DNA of 64,000 nucleotides from Elsinoe ampelina (lineage: Eukaryota), in contig ML992503.1 in the NCBI GenBank assembly GCA_010093995.1, positions 921,234 through 985,233 on the forward strand, written 5' to 3'. The first letter of the stretch is position 1, and the number at the start of each line of letters is the position of its first letter. Both the position numbers and the translations under genes were made by a program. Shown in pieces: positions 39,927-51,697 of the stretch. Under the pieces are notes generated by a model that saw only the letters and a program-made list of their open reading frames with translations, had not been told where the DNA came from and searched no databases.

Positions 39927-42900
39927 TGTTAAGAATATAGCTCTCTCTAGATAATTAGGCCCGAAGGTTATATAACTACAGGTTATATAATGCTAAGTCC
40001 TAGGGATTTATAGCTGTTCTTTCTTTCGGTAGATAGACTCCTTAATCAATTAACTCGTCTATTACCTAACTAGTAGGCGGATTAGTTCTATATAATACTC
40101 TACCCCTAAACGTGCCTTCCGCTTAATAGGTTATAAGCCCGGAGCTTATAGTACAAGTATAGGATTATATATACAGTAGTTAGCCTACTACTTAAACAAA
40201 ACGGAAGCGGAATTATAATATCCCTACCGCCTTATAGTTAACTATCTAGATACCTTTAGTAAGCCTAGTAGACTATACTATAAGTCGTGAAAGATTATAC
40301 TACTTAGAATAACAAGTAGGAATAGCACTTCTATTTAGTATAGGTTTAACTCCTATAATTGTTCCACTATAGCTACTGTTTATTAGCTAGATTAACTAAA
40401 CATATTCGATTTACTAACTTCCTCTAAGGCCTAGCTAGCCTTATAGACAACTATTAACTAAAGGTTATTAACTAAACTCGACCTTTATCTATTTATTCGA
40501 TTCTCTTCTCCTTAGAGAACTTAATTCCTAACTATAGAAGATTAGTTCTTATCTTTAAGAAGACTAGTTATTAAGCTTAATAGACTTAACTAGAGAGAAT
40601 AGTTCTACTAGATAGAAATATACCTTATAAGTAAGGATGCCTTCTAGACTATTCGTAGTTAGACTACCCCTTTAGTAACACTATTATCCGATAATACCTC
40701 TAGCTCCTTTTTAGTCCTACCTATTAAGTTAAAGGACTAGTAAAAGGCTAATGTAACTACTAAGTACTAGGTTGTCTAGTATATCTTATAAAATAACAAA
40801 GAGTTACTATATAAGGAAGAGCTTATATTAGAGTATTAGAGATTACTTAAGTCTAAGTATAAAACAAACCTTAAGGCAAGCGTAAGGGAGCTAGTTATCT
40901 AATTTGTAAACTATAAGATAGGTAAGTAGAACACTATTAATAAAGCTTAGTCCTACCTTACTAGCCTAGGAAGATAGATTGCTATTGTCTACCTAGATAA
41001 GGGTTATTAGAGGGCAGTAGAGAGATTATAGTAGCTTCTCTCTTCTCTTTCTAACGACTATAGGTTTACAAGGTAAGCAATTAAAGCAAGGGGATTAACT
41101 AATATAGATAAGGTCCTTCTTATTCTTAAGGAGAAAGAGAGACGCCTTAGTAAGCATAAGATTACTATGTTTACTAGGGGGAGACCAAATTAAGGACCTA
41201 GTAGGAGTATAAGCTATATATATATCCTCTACTTATAGGCTAGTTACACCGTAACTAGATGCCCTTAACTTTAAAGAGTATAGAGGCATATTTAGCCTTC
41301 CTATAGAATTACTAAGAGCCTACTAAGGAGGAGAAGATCTCTATTAGCTTCTAATAATCTAATTACCCTTGTTAGGCATCTTACTAAGAAGGTTAATAGA
41401 CTAGAAGCAGTATCTAAGTTAAAGAAAGGCAAAGCCTTTACTACTACTAAAGGCTAATCCGAACCTTCCTCTCTAATCTTAACTCTACTACCTAAAGTTC
41501 TGTTAGGTGAAGAGGAACTTAAGACTATAGGCTCTACATTAGAGGTGTAAGGTAAGCTTCTACATCATTAGTAGATGCTTAACTCTAGAGTATCTAACTA
41601 TATAATAGACAAGCTAACTCTCTTTAGAGGCCTATTAAGTAAGATATACACTTGATAGATCTAGGTTAGGGGGAGTTACCTTTAGTTATAGTTAATAGGA
41701 ACTATAGTTATTAGGACTAAGAAGGGAGATAAGATAAAGATATAGGCTCTTTATATACCTAATCTTAGTGTTAATTTAGTCTTCTATCGTAAGCTATATA
41801 TAGATTTAGAAGTTTCTAGAGTTCTTAATTTAAATTCTTTTCTTGTTCTTAATTTATAAAAGTAGCTACTACTTAAAGCTAGAATTTAAGGGGGGATATA
41901 CATTATCTAATCCCTCTTTAAGTAGTTAGCTAATCAAAAGCCGTATTCTAGATCTAAGCCTAGCTTAATTCTAGATCTAGCTAATTAGGACATAGTATTC
42001 CTTACTACTTAGCTAGTAATTATATTACACACTAAGTATACATATCTAACCTAGGATAAGCAACATAAGGATCTTATTAATTTAAGACCTAACAACTCTA
42101 ATATAGAGTACTAACTCTAGTATAGGAGATTTGCTTACCTTAGAGTTAAGAAGCTTAGGGATCTTTATAAGGTTATAACCCTTAAGAAGCCTATTAATTT
42201 AAACTATAATTTGTTAATCCTATATAAGGTCTATTCCTTAATAAAGATAAGAAATAGAAGAGGCAAAACTTTATAGAGAAGACTAGAGGTTCTTTAGCTT
42301 ATCTATACTAACATCTATAGCCTAATTAAAGTAAGTAGGGAAGGGTTTAGATACTTCCTTAAGCTTATAGATAGCTATTTAAGGATAATATAGATTATAC
42401 CACTTAAGACAAGAGATAAAGCTCTATAAAGGCTTATTAAGTAGAAGCTAAGAGTTAAGAAGGAGAGTAATACGAAGGTTAAGGTTACTAGATTAGACAA
42501 TACTAGTAAGCTTAATAAGATCCTAAAGTAGTAGGAGCGCTAAGAAGACATCTATTACACAACTACTAAGCTATATAATTTAATCTAGAATAGACTAGTA
42601 GAGAAAGACATCTAAACCTTAGAGAATAGTATAAGAGTAATGCTTAAGGACTTAAAGGTACTAAATAAGTTCTAGCCTAAAGTAGTTTAGGTAGATACAT
42701 ATCTAAGGAACAGGACAGCAACTAGACCTATAATTAATAATAAGTAAGTTACACTAATTAAGGCCTATATAGGCATTAAGCTATTAGTTAATCATATTAG
42801 AGTCTAGGGCTATAAGATATACACCTATATAAACCTAAAGTCCCTTCCTATATATAGAAGAAAAGATAAGCTTATAGATAGAAGGAGAGTAGAAGTATTC

Positions 42901-45245
42901 CTTAGCTATGTAGATAGAACTAATAGGATATACAAGATATAGGCACCTAATAGGAAGGTAGTAATTATATTACTAAATGTTAAGTTCTCTAAATTTAAGA
43001 AAGGTAGAAATATTAATCTTAGTATTAAGATTAGTACTACGAGCAATTAAGTACTAGTTAGGAGACTAATTAGTAGACTAACCTAGATCCGAGCCCGGCT
43101 TAATTCTAAGGTAGACTAATTAGATTAGCCTATTTAGCAAGAAGCGCCTATAGGGAGAATCTTCTTACACATTAAGATCCTAAGGGTTAACTCTATTAAC
43201 CTTATAGAATTCTAACGTAGAGAAGAGCTAATAGTTTAATCTATATTACCTAATTATGCAGATTAATTACTTAAGAGATTAAGAGATAAAGAATCTAATA
43301 ATAAAGAGCCTAAGGTAAAGCATTATAGAGTATTTATTACTAAGTGTATTAATTAGCAAGATAAGGTTAATAAGATTACTATAACAGCCTCTATTAAGTA
43401 ATATGTCCTAATTCTAAGAGACTATTATAAGGCTATTACTAATCTAGTTTAGGGAAGCAAGTAGTAGAAAGCAATTAATATAGAGCTTAATACTCTAGGA
43501 TTAAATAACACATAGGAAGAGGTTGTCCCTCTAAAAGGATTAAACTTAGTAATATCTAAGTAGGTCTTTAATGTTAAATATAACACAGATAGCTCTATTA
43601 AGAAGTTCAAGGCTAGACTTATTACTAGAGGCTTCTTATAGAAGTACGGCATTAACTATAAAGACACATTTATACTAATAGTTAGAGTAGATATACTAAG
43701 ACTATTCTTTACTATCGTATGTATACTTAACCTTAAATGTCATTAGGTAGATGTTAATAATACCTTTATAGAATTATTCCTTAGGGAAGTAATTTATATA
43801 AGGCTACTACCTAGACTTAAGGTCTAACCTAGTATTGCCTTCCGCATTCTTAGGAGCTTATATAGACTTAAGCAAGCTACTAGAGATTAGAATTAGCACT
43901 ATATCTCTAAGCTTTTAAAGCTAGGCTTTACTTAGAGCGAAGTAGACCCCTATCTTCTTATATACTATAATAAGAAGATTATTCTCTTAGTTTATGTTAA
44001 TAACATACCATTTATAGTATAAAGCAAAGAGAACATCTAGTAGTTTAAGCAAGAGCTTAGTAGAATCTTTAAGATTAAGAATCTTAGTAAGGTTAGCAAA
44101 GTTCTTAGGGTTAAGGTTATAAGGGACAGACAATAAGGAACCTTAAGGCTTAACTAGACCCACTATGTAGATAATGTGCTATAGAGGCTTAATATAACCT
44201 CTAACAAGGCTACTCTAATAAAGCAGCCGATAGACAATAAGCTCCCTTAGAGAGCTTAGACTAAAGATATAAGGTTTAGTAGAACTAAGTACTTATATAC
44301 TATTAGAAGCTAGATGTACCTTAGTACCCTAATAAGACTAGATACTGCCTTTACCTTAGGAAGGCTTAGTCAGTTCATAGCAGATCTAATAGACAGCTAT
44401 ACTATTAAGATAAAGAAGATATTAAGATACATTAGATTAACTAAAGACCTTAGTATAGTGTTTAGGAGGAATAGTAATAAGACTCTTAAGGGATATTCTA
44501 ATTCAGATTATGCCTTAGATAAGATAGATAGAGTCTCTATTCTTAGATACGTCTTTATACTTATAGGTAGTCCTATTAGCTAGATAAGTAGGAAGTAGAA
44601 GTCTGTTTTAATCTCTACTATAGAGGCTAAATATATAGTAATATACTCTTATATAAAGAGATTACAGTTCCTATCTCAGTTACTAAGAGACATAGGCTAT
44701 TATAAGATAGTTAGTTAATCACCTTAGAAGCTAACTATAAAGGAGTCTTAGAAAGCAATAATAAGATTACTCTTTACTACTAAGATTAATAGTAATAACT
44801 AGGTAGCTCTTTTACTTATAAAGGAGCTATATACTTATAAAAGGGCAAAACACATTAATGTTACTTACTACTACGTTAGGAGGCTATAGAGGGACTAGAG
44901 AATACAGATTAAGTTTATAAGGACAGTAGACATAGTAACTAATAGGTTAACTAAGCTATTACAAGGTTAGAACTTTACGAGGTTTATAAAGCAACTTAGC
45001 TTATTATTAACCTAATAGCTCATCTATAGGAGCTAAGTAGGAGTGTTAAGAATATAGCTCTCTCTAGATAATTAGGCCCGAAGGTCATATAACTATAGGT
45101 CATATAATGCTAAGTCCTAGGGATTTATAGCTGTTCTTTCTTTCGGTAGATAGACTCCTTAATTAATTAACTCGTCTATTACCTAACTAGTGGGCGGATT
45201 AGTTCCATATAATACTCTACCCCTAAACGTGCCTTCCGCTTAACA
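39927..45245 (+). mobile_element. Copia/Ty1 LTR retrotransposon C (5319 bp, RIP-inactivated), inserted between protease and RT of Gypsy A
   Basis: 202-bp LTRs TGTT...AACA (39927-40128, 45044-45245), TSD CTAGT, PBS GGTTAT(G>A)AGCCC. Domain order PR (W.LDSGA ~41571), LWHRR.AH ~42115, IN ~42300, RT (KFKARLVARGF ~43600, LVYVDD ~43985), RNase H (GYSDSDYA ~44490). Confidence 0.95.
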
Positions 45246-46745
45246 CTAGTTATATTAACGCTTTTAAACCGCTAGCGCGACGCCTATATTATTTCTTTAC
45301 TGTTCTTAATAGCGAAGGCTAACTCGATATATCTATAGGTAGTTAATTCGTATTTGTCTAAGCTACGTACTTAGTATACTACTAGGGGGTCGACGGCGAT
45401 ATAATAGCGTATAGCAAAATACTAGCTAATAAAGTTACTATTAGCGCTACTATCTATTAGAGCTACCCCTTTAATAGAGCCTTTAGATAGGTCGACTATA
45501 ACGTCGGTACGAATTTAGTATATATCCTACGTTACGCTAGAGCTACTTAGGATTAGTAAATATAAGGACACTATCTATTTTAAAGAGTTCTTCTAGGGAC
45601 AGTTTAGCACCTAATAGTCTAGGCTCTTATAGATATTATAAGGGTAAGTAGCGCTAGGTTAGGGAGCTATAGGGGTAGCGTTAGCGCTACTCTACTAGTC
45701 CTTTTAGCTCTTATAGTCTTTGTTATAGTAAGGCCTTTTAGCAAAAGTATTAGTCTTCTCTCCGGTATTATACTTATACTACCCCTATATAGAGTCGAAG
45801 TAGCCCGGTAGGTTCTACTCTAAATAGGATAGATGTACTAGAAGTTCTACCTTAATTAAGAGTAGGTTCCTCTAATAGAGTACTTCCGAGTATAGCTCTA
45901 GTATAGTATAGGTAATAAGCTATATATAGTAGACGTCGTCTAGGAGTAGTACTATCTTAATATAGAACTCGTAACTATCGAGGAACGTATAGAAATTAGT
46001 AATCGACTATTCTCTACGCTAGCGCGACGTAAAGAACTTTACTACGTAGCTATTACTATAGTTTTCGAGACTCTAGGCTTAGTTCTAAAGCTAGAACTAT
46101 ATTAGGCTCTATAAGAGTATAACGCTAGCGCTTTTAGTATACGAGTTCTAATTATAGCTAAGCTAATCTTTTAAGTAGCTAGTAGCTATATAGCACCGAG
46201 TAACTTCTTTAAAGTAGATATTTAGCACTATCTTAAAGACGTTATTATATATATATATAAATTCCTTAACTCTTGCTATAATAGTAGACTCTAAGGCCTC
46301 GGGGTAGCGTAAGTTTAGTATATACTCTCTTACGATTTGTAGGTTTATTAGGTAGATATCGTTAGGTCGTACGTTATTAAAACGACTATATAGCACCGGC
46401 GCTATAACTAGGGAGCGACTACCGAGTATATTCTTAAGCTAAGCGATATAAGTATAGAGCGCTTCGTATATAGCATTATTTCCTATGTTAGCTATACTTC
46501 CTATAGGAGCTATATTAGCGTAGTATAGCCTTAGCGCTAGCTCTTCCCTAGCCTAGCAATCTTTAATAGGAGTTGTCTCTAGAGTTATAGCTAATTTAGT
46601 AAATGTCTCGCTAATAGCTAAGCTATTAGAGAGTTATTTATACTAGTACTACTCTAGCGGTAGTTAGTCGTTTCGCTAGCGCTAAGCACGAGGTACTATC
46701 TTATCTATATAGCTCTATCTAATAGAATATAAGAGAGATTAGAAT

Positions 46746-46943
46746 TATAACGAAGATAGAATATTAGAGCTAGAAAGATAAGTATATAGGAGTAGAATAG
46801 GTATTATACTAGTATACCCTCGATTGTTATAAGACTAATCTCTACTCTATCTATTCTATAGGCGAGAAGTGTTTTATTCTTCTACGGAGAATAGTATCTC
46901 TAGAGTAAGCTAGCGTAGTATAATTACTACGTTAGTCCTTATA
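46746..46943 (-). repeat. 5' LTR of Gypsy A
   Basis: Direct repeat of 21806-22003, followed by TSD TATTA (46944-46948). Confidence 0.92.
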
Positions 46944-48336
46944 TATTAAAAGCAATTATAAGTACTAGAGGAGGCTAATTAATACTATAGCTATTGCTCC
47001 TTACTATAGCGCTCTATTAAAGCCTTATAGCCTTATCTAGCTTATAGTACTTGCTCTTAATAGTCCTCTAGTATACATTACTAAAATTTATATAAGTCCG
47101 ATCCTTACACTTCTAACGCTATACTAAATCCGGCTCTTAATTACTATTTACTACCGCTAGTACACTATATAGTTAGCTAGTTACTAAGGCACGGCCTTAA
47201 GAAGGCGTAGTAGCGTCTTAAAAAGACTATAAAGAGAAGGAGAAAGAGTGTAGCTAAGCTACTACTAGTAAGAGGTTAGAAAAGGCTTATAGTATAGAAG
47301 GTAGTACTATCGGTACTAGCCGAGAGATTAGTACTATTAAAAGAGGCCGTAGCTAAGAGGCTTAAGTAGAGAATAGTACTAGAGTTACTCTCTTTATTAC
47401 TATACTTAGGCTAGCCTTTAATAGTAGTTACTTTTCTTAAGCCTACGTTTCTAGCTTAGTAGTTAAGCTATTAAAGTTAGCTAACTATACTATAGTAAAG
47501 GCTATATAGTTGTCTCTTTTTAGGCTACTATATCGAGTAACTACGTTAACCTTAAGAAGAATAATATTATACTCTAAGCTAGTTAACTCCTTCTTTACTA
47601 CCTAATTCGATATAGAAGACTATAATATCTTAGCTAGCTAGCTAAAGGTATACTTATCTTAAGCTACCTTCTTTAATCTAAGCCTTACTATTAATTTTAT
47701 ATCTACTAAGTAACTAGTAAAGAAGTTATCTAAGTAATTCTCTTATATCTCTAGTAGAAGTAATAACTAAGGTAGTTATATAGAGGCTACTATAGCCTCT
47801 ATAGTAGCCTTCTCCTTCTCCTTCTTCTTCTCTTAAGTAGCTACTCTCTAGATAAACTACCTTCTTCTCTCTACTAGTATCTTCTCTACTAACTCTAGCT
47901 CCTTATCCGACCCCTTCTCTTCTACTACTACCGCCGCTCTCCTCTAGATAGAAGGCCTCCTTAGCGGCAGTTACTTAATTAAAGGCCTTAGCTAGTTAGT
48001 AGTAGAAGACGTAGTAGTAGCTTTAGCTATAATACACTTAAGAAGAGCTTAGTCTATATTTAGTAGGTTTAGATAGGAGAGCGCTAGTATTTAGCTAGCT
48101 CGTAGGAAGAGCCTTAGTAGCTTCTACTAGTTTAGATCGATCTCTCTAAGAGAGCTAGAAGAGTAGTAAGAAGACTATAATACTACTAGTAATAAGGCTA
48201 GTAAAGAGAACTCTACTACTACCTCTTTCTCTTATAAAGTAGTAACTACCTCTTTAGCCTTATAAGTAGCTCTTAAAGGCCTCTTATTATAAGCTGGCTG
48301 GCGGCGAGGGGGGGTGGCAGGGTGCTTTTTAGCTAT
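46944..48336 (-). pseudogene. 5' part of the Tc1-element accessory ORF2 (unknown protein with a Cys/His motif)
   Basis: Single frame from a RIPed ATG at 48336 (MAKKHPATPPRRQP...). De-RIPed W-K-C-x4-C-x-N-x4-C-W-x6-H-Y-K-L...W..A...PP at ~47115-46970. Confidence 0.6.
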
Positions 48337-48364
48337 TATATACTTACGTAAAGGTATACTACCT

Positions 48365-48527
48365 TTATTATACCTTTTTTTAGCTTTACTTTTAATTAAT
48401 AACAATGACAATTCATGGAATCACAACTATACACTATCTGGACCTCTGGCCACCAAAATTTGCAGCTGAGAAGTCGGTGAAGCGTACGCCAAGACCTGGG
48501 GTGGCTCGTTTGAACTGAAAAGCCCTG
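48365..48527 (-). repeat. Right terminal inverted repeat (multi-block)
   Basis: Reverse-complement match to 20013-20167 in three blocks; ends CCCTG followed by TA. Confidence 0.9.
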
Positions 48528-48672
48528 TACAAGTGCGACGGGCTTCAGCAATGGTTAGAGGGGCGAGGTTCAGCGGCAAGAGTGGGGGTCGAAGATCAGC
48601 CACCGCGGGGTTCATTTGACAATCTTTTGCCGCCGAAAACTTTCCCTTTCGGCTATCGTTTCACTGAACTGG

Positions 48673-50037
48673 ATGGCCCACTTTGTGGTCACACCATGGC
48701 GCTCTGTAGACGAGTTGCTGGAGGTTCGCGATGTGATCTTCAAGGATTTCTCGGACAGTCCTTCGATTAGTCCTTCATCAGCTGCCGTCCAACGCATTCA
48801 TGTCTGGAAAGAACGAGGCAACTTGCCGCATGCTGTAGAGAGTACTGGTCAATTACTTGAAGCGTTACTGGTGAACGAGCGCGAGAGCCAGACGGCGCTC
48901 CAGAATGAATTTCACAGCGCTGATTCTTTTCTGGTCCGAGCAACTTATACTGCCGCCATCACTCGCTTCGTGACTGGTTTTGCAGATCTGGGACGATCAA
49001 GATCTGGTCCGGGCCAGTCCATGCTGGAAGTGGCGCGAGATATAGATCTCCCAGTCGCATTCGTCGAACTACGCCACGAGGCTACCCATGAAGGCATGCC
49101 GAACCTCGCGAGGCTCCGGAAAGCTGCGACTGATGCTCTCATCTGGCTGAAACGAGTCTACTGGGACAAGATTGAGACAATTGAGAATGAGGGTACTCCT
49201 GCAGCTCATTTCCAGCTTGGTTTTCCAACAGCTGAACTGGAGGCCTCGCATGGCACAGCAGACATACGGACTGCGCTCAAGGACTATAGACGAGCACGAA
49301 AAGCCAACCTACAAAGCGGCAAGGACACTAACAAATCGCTCGAGGAGACCGCAACAATGCGTCTCGGGGACCTAGCGTCGAGCATGCAACGTGGAAATAG
49401 GATTGTAGCAGAGGCTTTTTGTACACCTGGTATACTCCTCCCTAACACGCAAGTCAGGTAAGTCAGACCATGTAGGTGGTGATGTGCCTCGCGAAGGAGA
49501 CAGCAGCCCCACATGATGATCTGTCAAACCACATTTTTTACAAAATTGGGCCGCATATCGAGATGGGCGTGTGCTAATGCCGTGTACAGCAACCCGCAGC
49601 AAATGGACCCAGCTTATCGCCTGTGGGACGACCTCCTACAATCCTTGGCTTCGCAGTCGCGGACTTTCTTCAAGCCGTTCTTGAAGGTCATGATCGAGAA
49701 ATCCAGCCAGATCGGAGGCCAATCACAATACGAGGGTCTCATGTACTGGATCTTGCACATCTTTGACAGCCCCGGCTGGAGAGCTACTCTTGGGGTCCGC
49801 TATCCGACGCTGCTGCGACACTCGATCGAGCAGTGTCTTCTTAATCCAAGTCAGACCACGCAGCAGCTTGCGACGAAACTCTTGGATCATGCGCAAGGGA
49901 CGATCGATGTCACGGATGTTCTCAAAACAATGAGCGAAGCCGCATTCGATGGCTTCGAACATCATGAGCAGCCCGCACAGGTGCCATCAGGATTCAAGCA
50001 CTCGAAGCACCAGCTGCGGAATACGCTCGTATCATGA
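48673..50037 (+). CDS. LAS1: Las1 pre-rRNA ITS2 endoribonuclease (HEPN)
   Basis: MAHFVVTPWR...EL, W..RGNLPHAVEST, AITRFVTGF, and HEPN motif RHEATH. Intron ~49458-49589; the 3' end is approximate. Confidence 0.9.
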
Positions 50038-51001
50038 AGGGCTGTCTACACGGAGCCTCCAGTCAAGTTCTCCAGAACGATTCGGACCATTCGGTGTTTC
50101 GATGGAACACATCTTGATCAGCCAGACTGACAGACGTCCAAACCGTCAATCTCGCTTGTGTCCGCCCTCCAATCTGCCATGGCCACATGGAAGTACAGCT
50201 TCGATTTGTGCGGCATCAACGAGAGAGCCGACAACAATCTGGCTGCTTCATGTCGCAATTCCGCAGGGTTCGCAAACCTTCATGATCTATCGTCACTGCG
50301 GCTACATACCGAGGGAGGGGTACTGGATACAACACACAGCAGAGAGCGAAGGAAGTCCTCTTCCCGGCGCAGGAGGTATCTCGAAGACTTCGAGACACTA
50401 TCGACTGGATGCACACTGTGCCCTGCTGCTCCTGGAAGAGCCGGAGTTCACAGATGCAAAAACGGCGTAACGCAGATCAGGGTAGAAGAAGGTTTGTGCC
50501 AGTATTTCGGTGCTGAGTGAAGGATACGTACGTCGAGAGCGACTGGCATTGTTTGTGGCCGTATAGATGCTCATGCCATGGCGTCCCTTGTTGAGATCCT
50601 GTGACAAATGGAATGCATGGAATTGGGCTGAGGAGACTTGCCCTGAGTAATTATCCGAAGTCCTCATTGCCATAAGCCCATAGTGAACAGCCTGACAGAT
50701 TAATCAACATACCTTTGTCCAAGAAGCGATGAAAGCTCAGCTGGAGAATGATAGTCACGCCACGGAGCCGCACACCAGAGCCGCGCACCAGAAGGCCTCG
50801 CTTCGCTTCGGTGCGGCCCGTCAACTCTAGCGTCACCTCTGGAGTGCAGCACCTTCAAGCAGTCTCTCATGAACCATTGCACCTTTTTGATAAGCTTCAC
50901 AATCTGCTTTCACCGGCTGTGAAAGGAGCAGATCGAAAATAGACCGATTCCAATGGAACGATAGCAGCACCTAATACCTGGACGCGCAGCCCTAACCCAC
51001 C

Positions 51002-51697
51002 ATGTCTGCCCCCACGTCCAGCAGCACAACCACCACGACCAAACCCCTCGCCCGAACAAGCCACATCCCCCTCCCTCCTCCCGCTCCCTACGTCCCCCTC
51101 CGCTACCCCTCCTCCCGCAAATCCATCTACGACAAAAACCTCAACCGCACCCGCCAGAACGAGGTCTCCCTCTCCTCATTCGCCCACATCTTCAACTCAC
51201 TCATCTCCTACCACCAAGCGCGGGCCCCCTCCGTCTCAGACCTCGAATCCCGCCTCGCCCTCTCCGGCTACCCCATCGGTGTCAAGATGCTCGACCTCCT
51301 GCTCTACCGGCAGCCGCAACGCTCCGCGACCCGCCCGACTCGTCTGCTGGAACTGTTGCAGTTCATACATACCCAGCTGTGGAGGGCGCTGTTCGGGAGG
51401 ACGGCGGATGCGTTGGAGTTGAGCAGTAGTTCGACGGCGGAGTATATGATTACGGATAACGAGCCGTTGGTGAATACGTTCATCAGTGTGCCGAAGGACA
51501 TGAGTCAACTCAATTGCGCGGCGTTTGTGGGCGGGATGATCGAGGGGGTGTGTGATGCTGCGGGGTTCGCGACGGACAGTGTGACGGCGCATTCGGCGGG
51601 GGAGGGGGATGAGTTGTGGCCGGGCAAGACGATTTTCTTGATCAAGTTCAAGAAGGAGATTGTGGAGAGGGAGGAGATGTTGAAAGGGGGGAGTTGA
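51002..51697 (+). CDS. TRS31: TRAPP complex subunit Trs31/TRAPPC5
   Basis: SIYDKNLNR..EVSLSSFA, LWRALFGR.AD.LE, YMITDNEPLVN.FISVPKDMSQLNCAAFVGG.IEG. Confidence 0.95.
   Translation: MSAPTSSSTTTTTKPLARTSHIPLPPPAPYVPLRYPSSRKSIYDKNLNRTRQNEVSLSSFAHIFNSLISYHQARAPSVSDLESRLALSGYPIGVKMLDLLLYRQPQRSATRPTRLLELLQFIHTQLWRALFGRTADALELSSSSTAEYMITDNEPLVNTFISVPKDMSQLNCAAFVGGMIEGVCDAAGFATDSVTAHSAGEGDELWPGKTIFLIKFKKEIVEREEMLKGGS

Larger units (their letters stand above)
21806..46943 (-). mobile_element. Gypsy/Ty3 chromovirus-type LTR retrotransposon A (~7.3 kb own sequence), host of three nested insertions
   Basis: 198-bp LTRs (21806-22003, 46746-46943), 5-bp TSD TATTA, PPT next to 22004. On the minus strand: gag zinc knuckle ~45590-45640, protease ALIDSGA ~45450, RT split at 39320/33063, RNase H ~32400-32100, integrase ~31300-30600, chromodomain ~30180-30030. 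Confidence 0.92.
20013..48527 (+). mobile_element. Tc1/IS630-superfamily DNA transposon (RIP-inactivated), ~3.37 kb core expanded to 28.5 kb by nested LTR elements
   Basis: TA target duplication (20011-20012 and 48528-48529). Termini CAGGGCTTTTCAGTTCAAACGAGCCACCCCAGG are inverted at both ends. DD34E transposase remnant inside. Confidence 0.9.

Noticed and set aside
27408..46396. Short ORFs at 27408, 43449, 44314 and 46163
   Set aside because: Stop-free fragments of RIPed gag/pol (or their antisense), not independent genes.
20013..48527. Starship or other giant cargo-carrying element
   Set aside because: No tyrosine-recombinase captain and no host-like cargo genes. The size is entirely explained by nested LTR retrotransposons.
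50040..50950. Possible small gene between LAS1 and TRS31
   Set aside because: Only short overlapping ORFs, with no coherent exon structure or recognisable motif.
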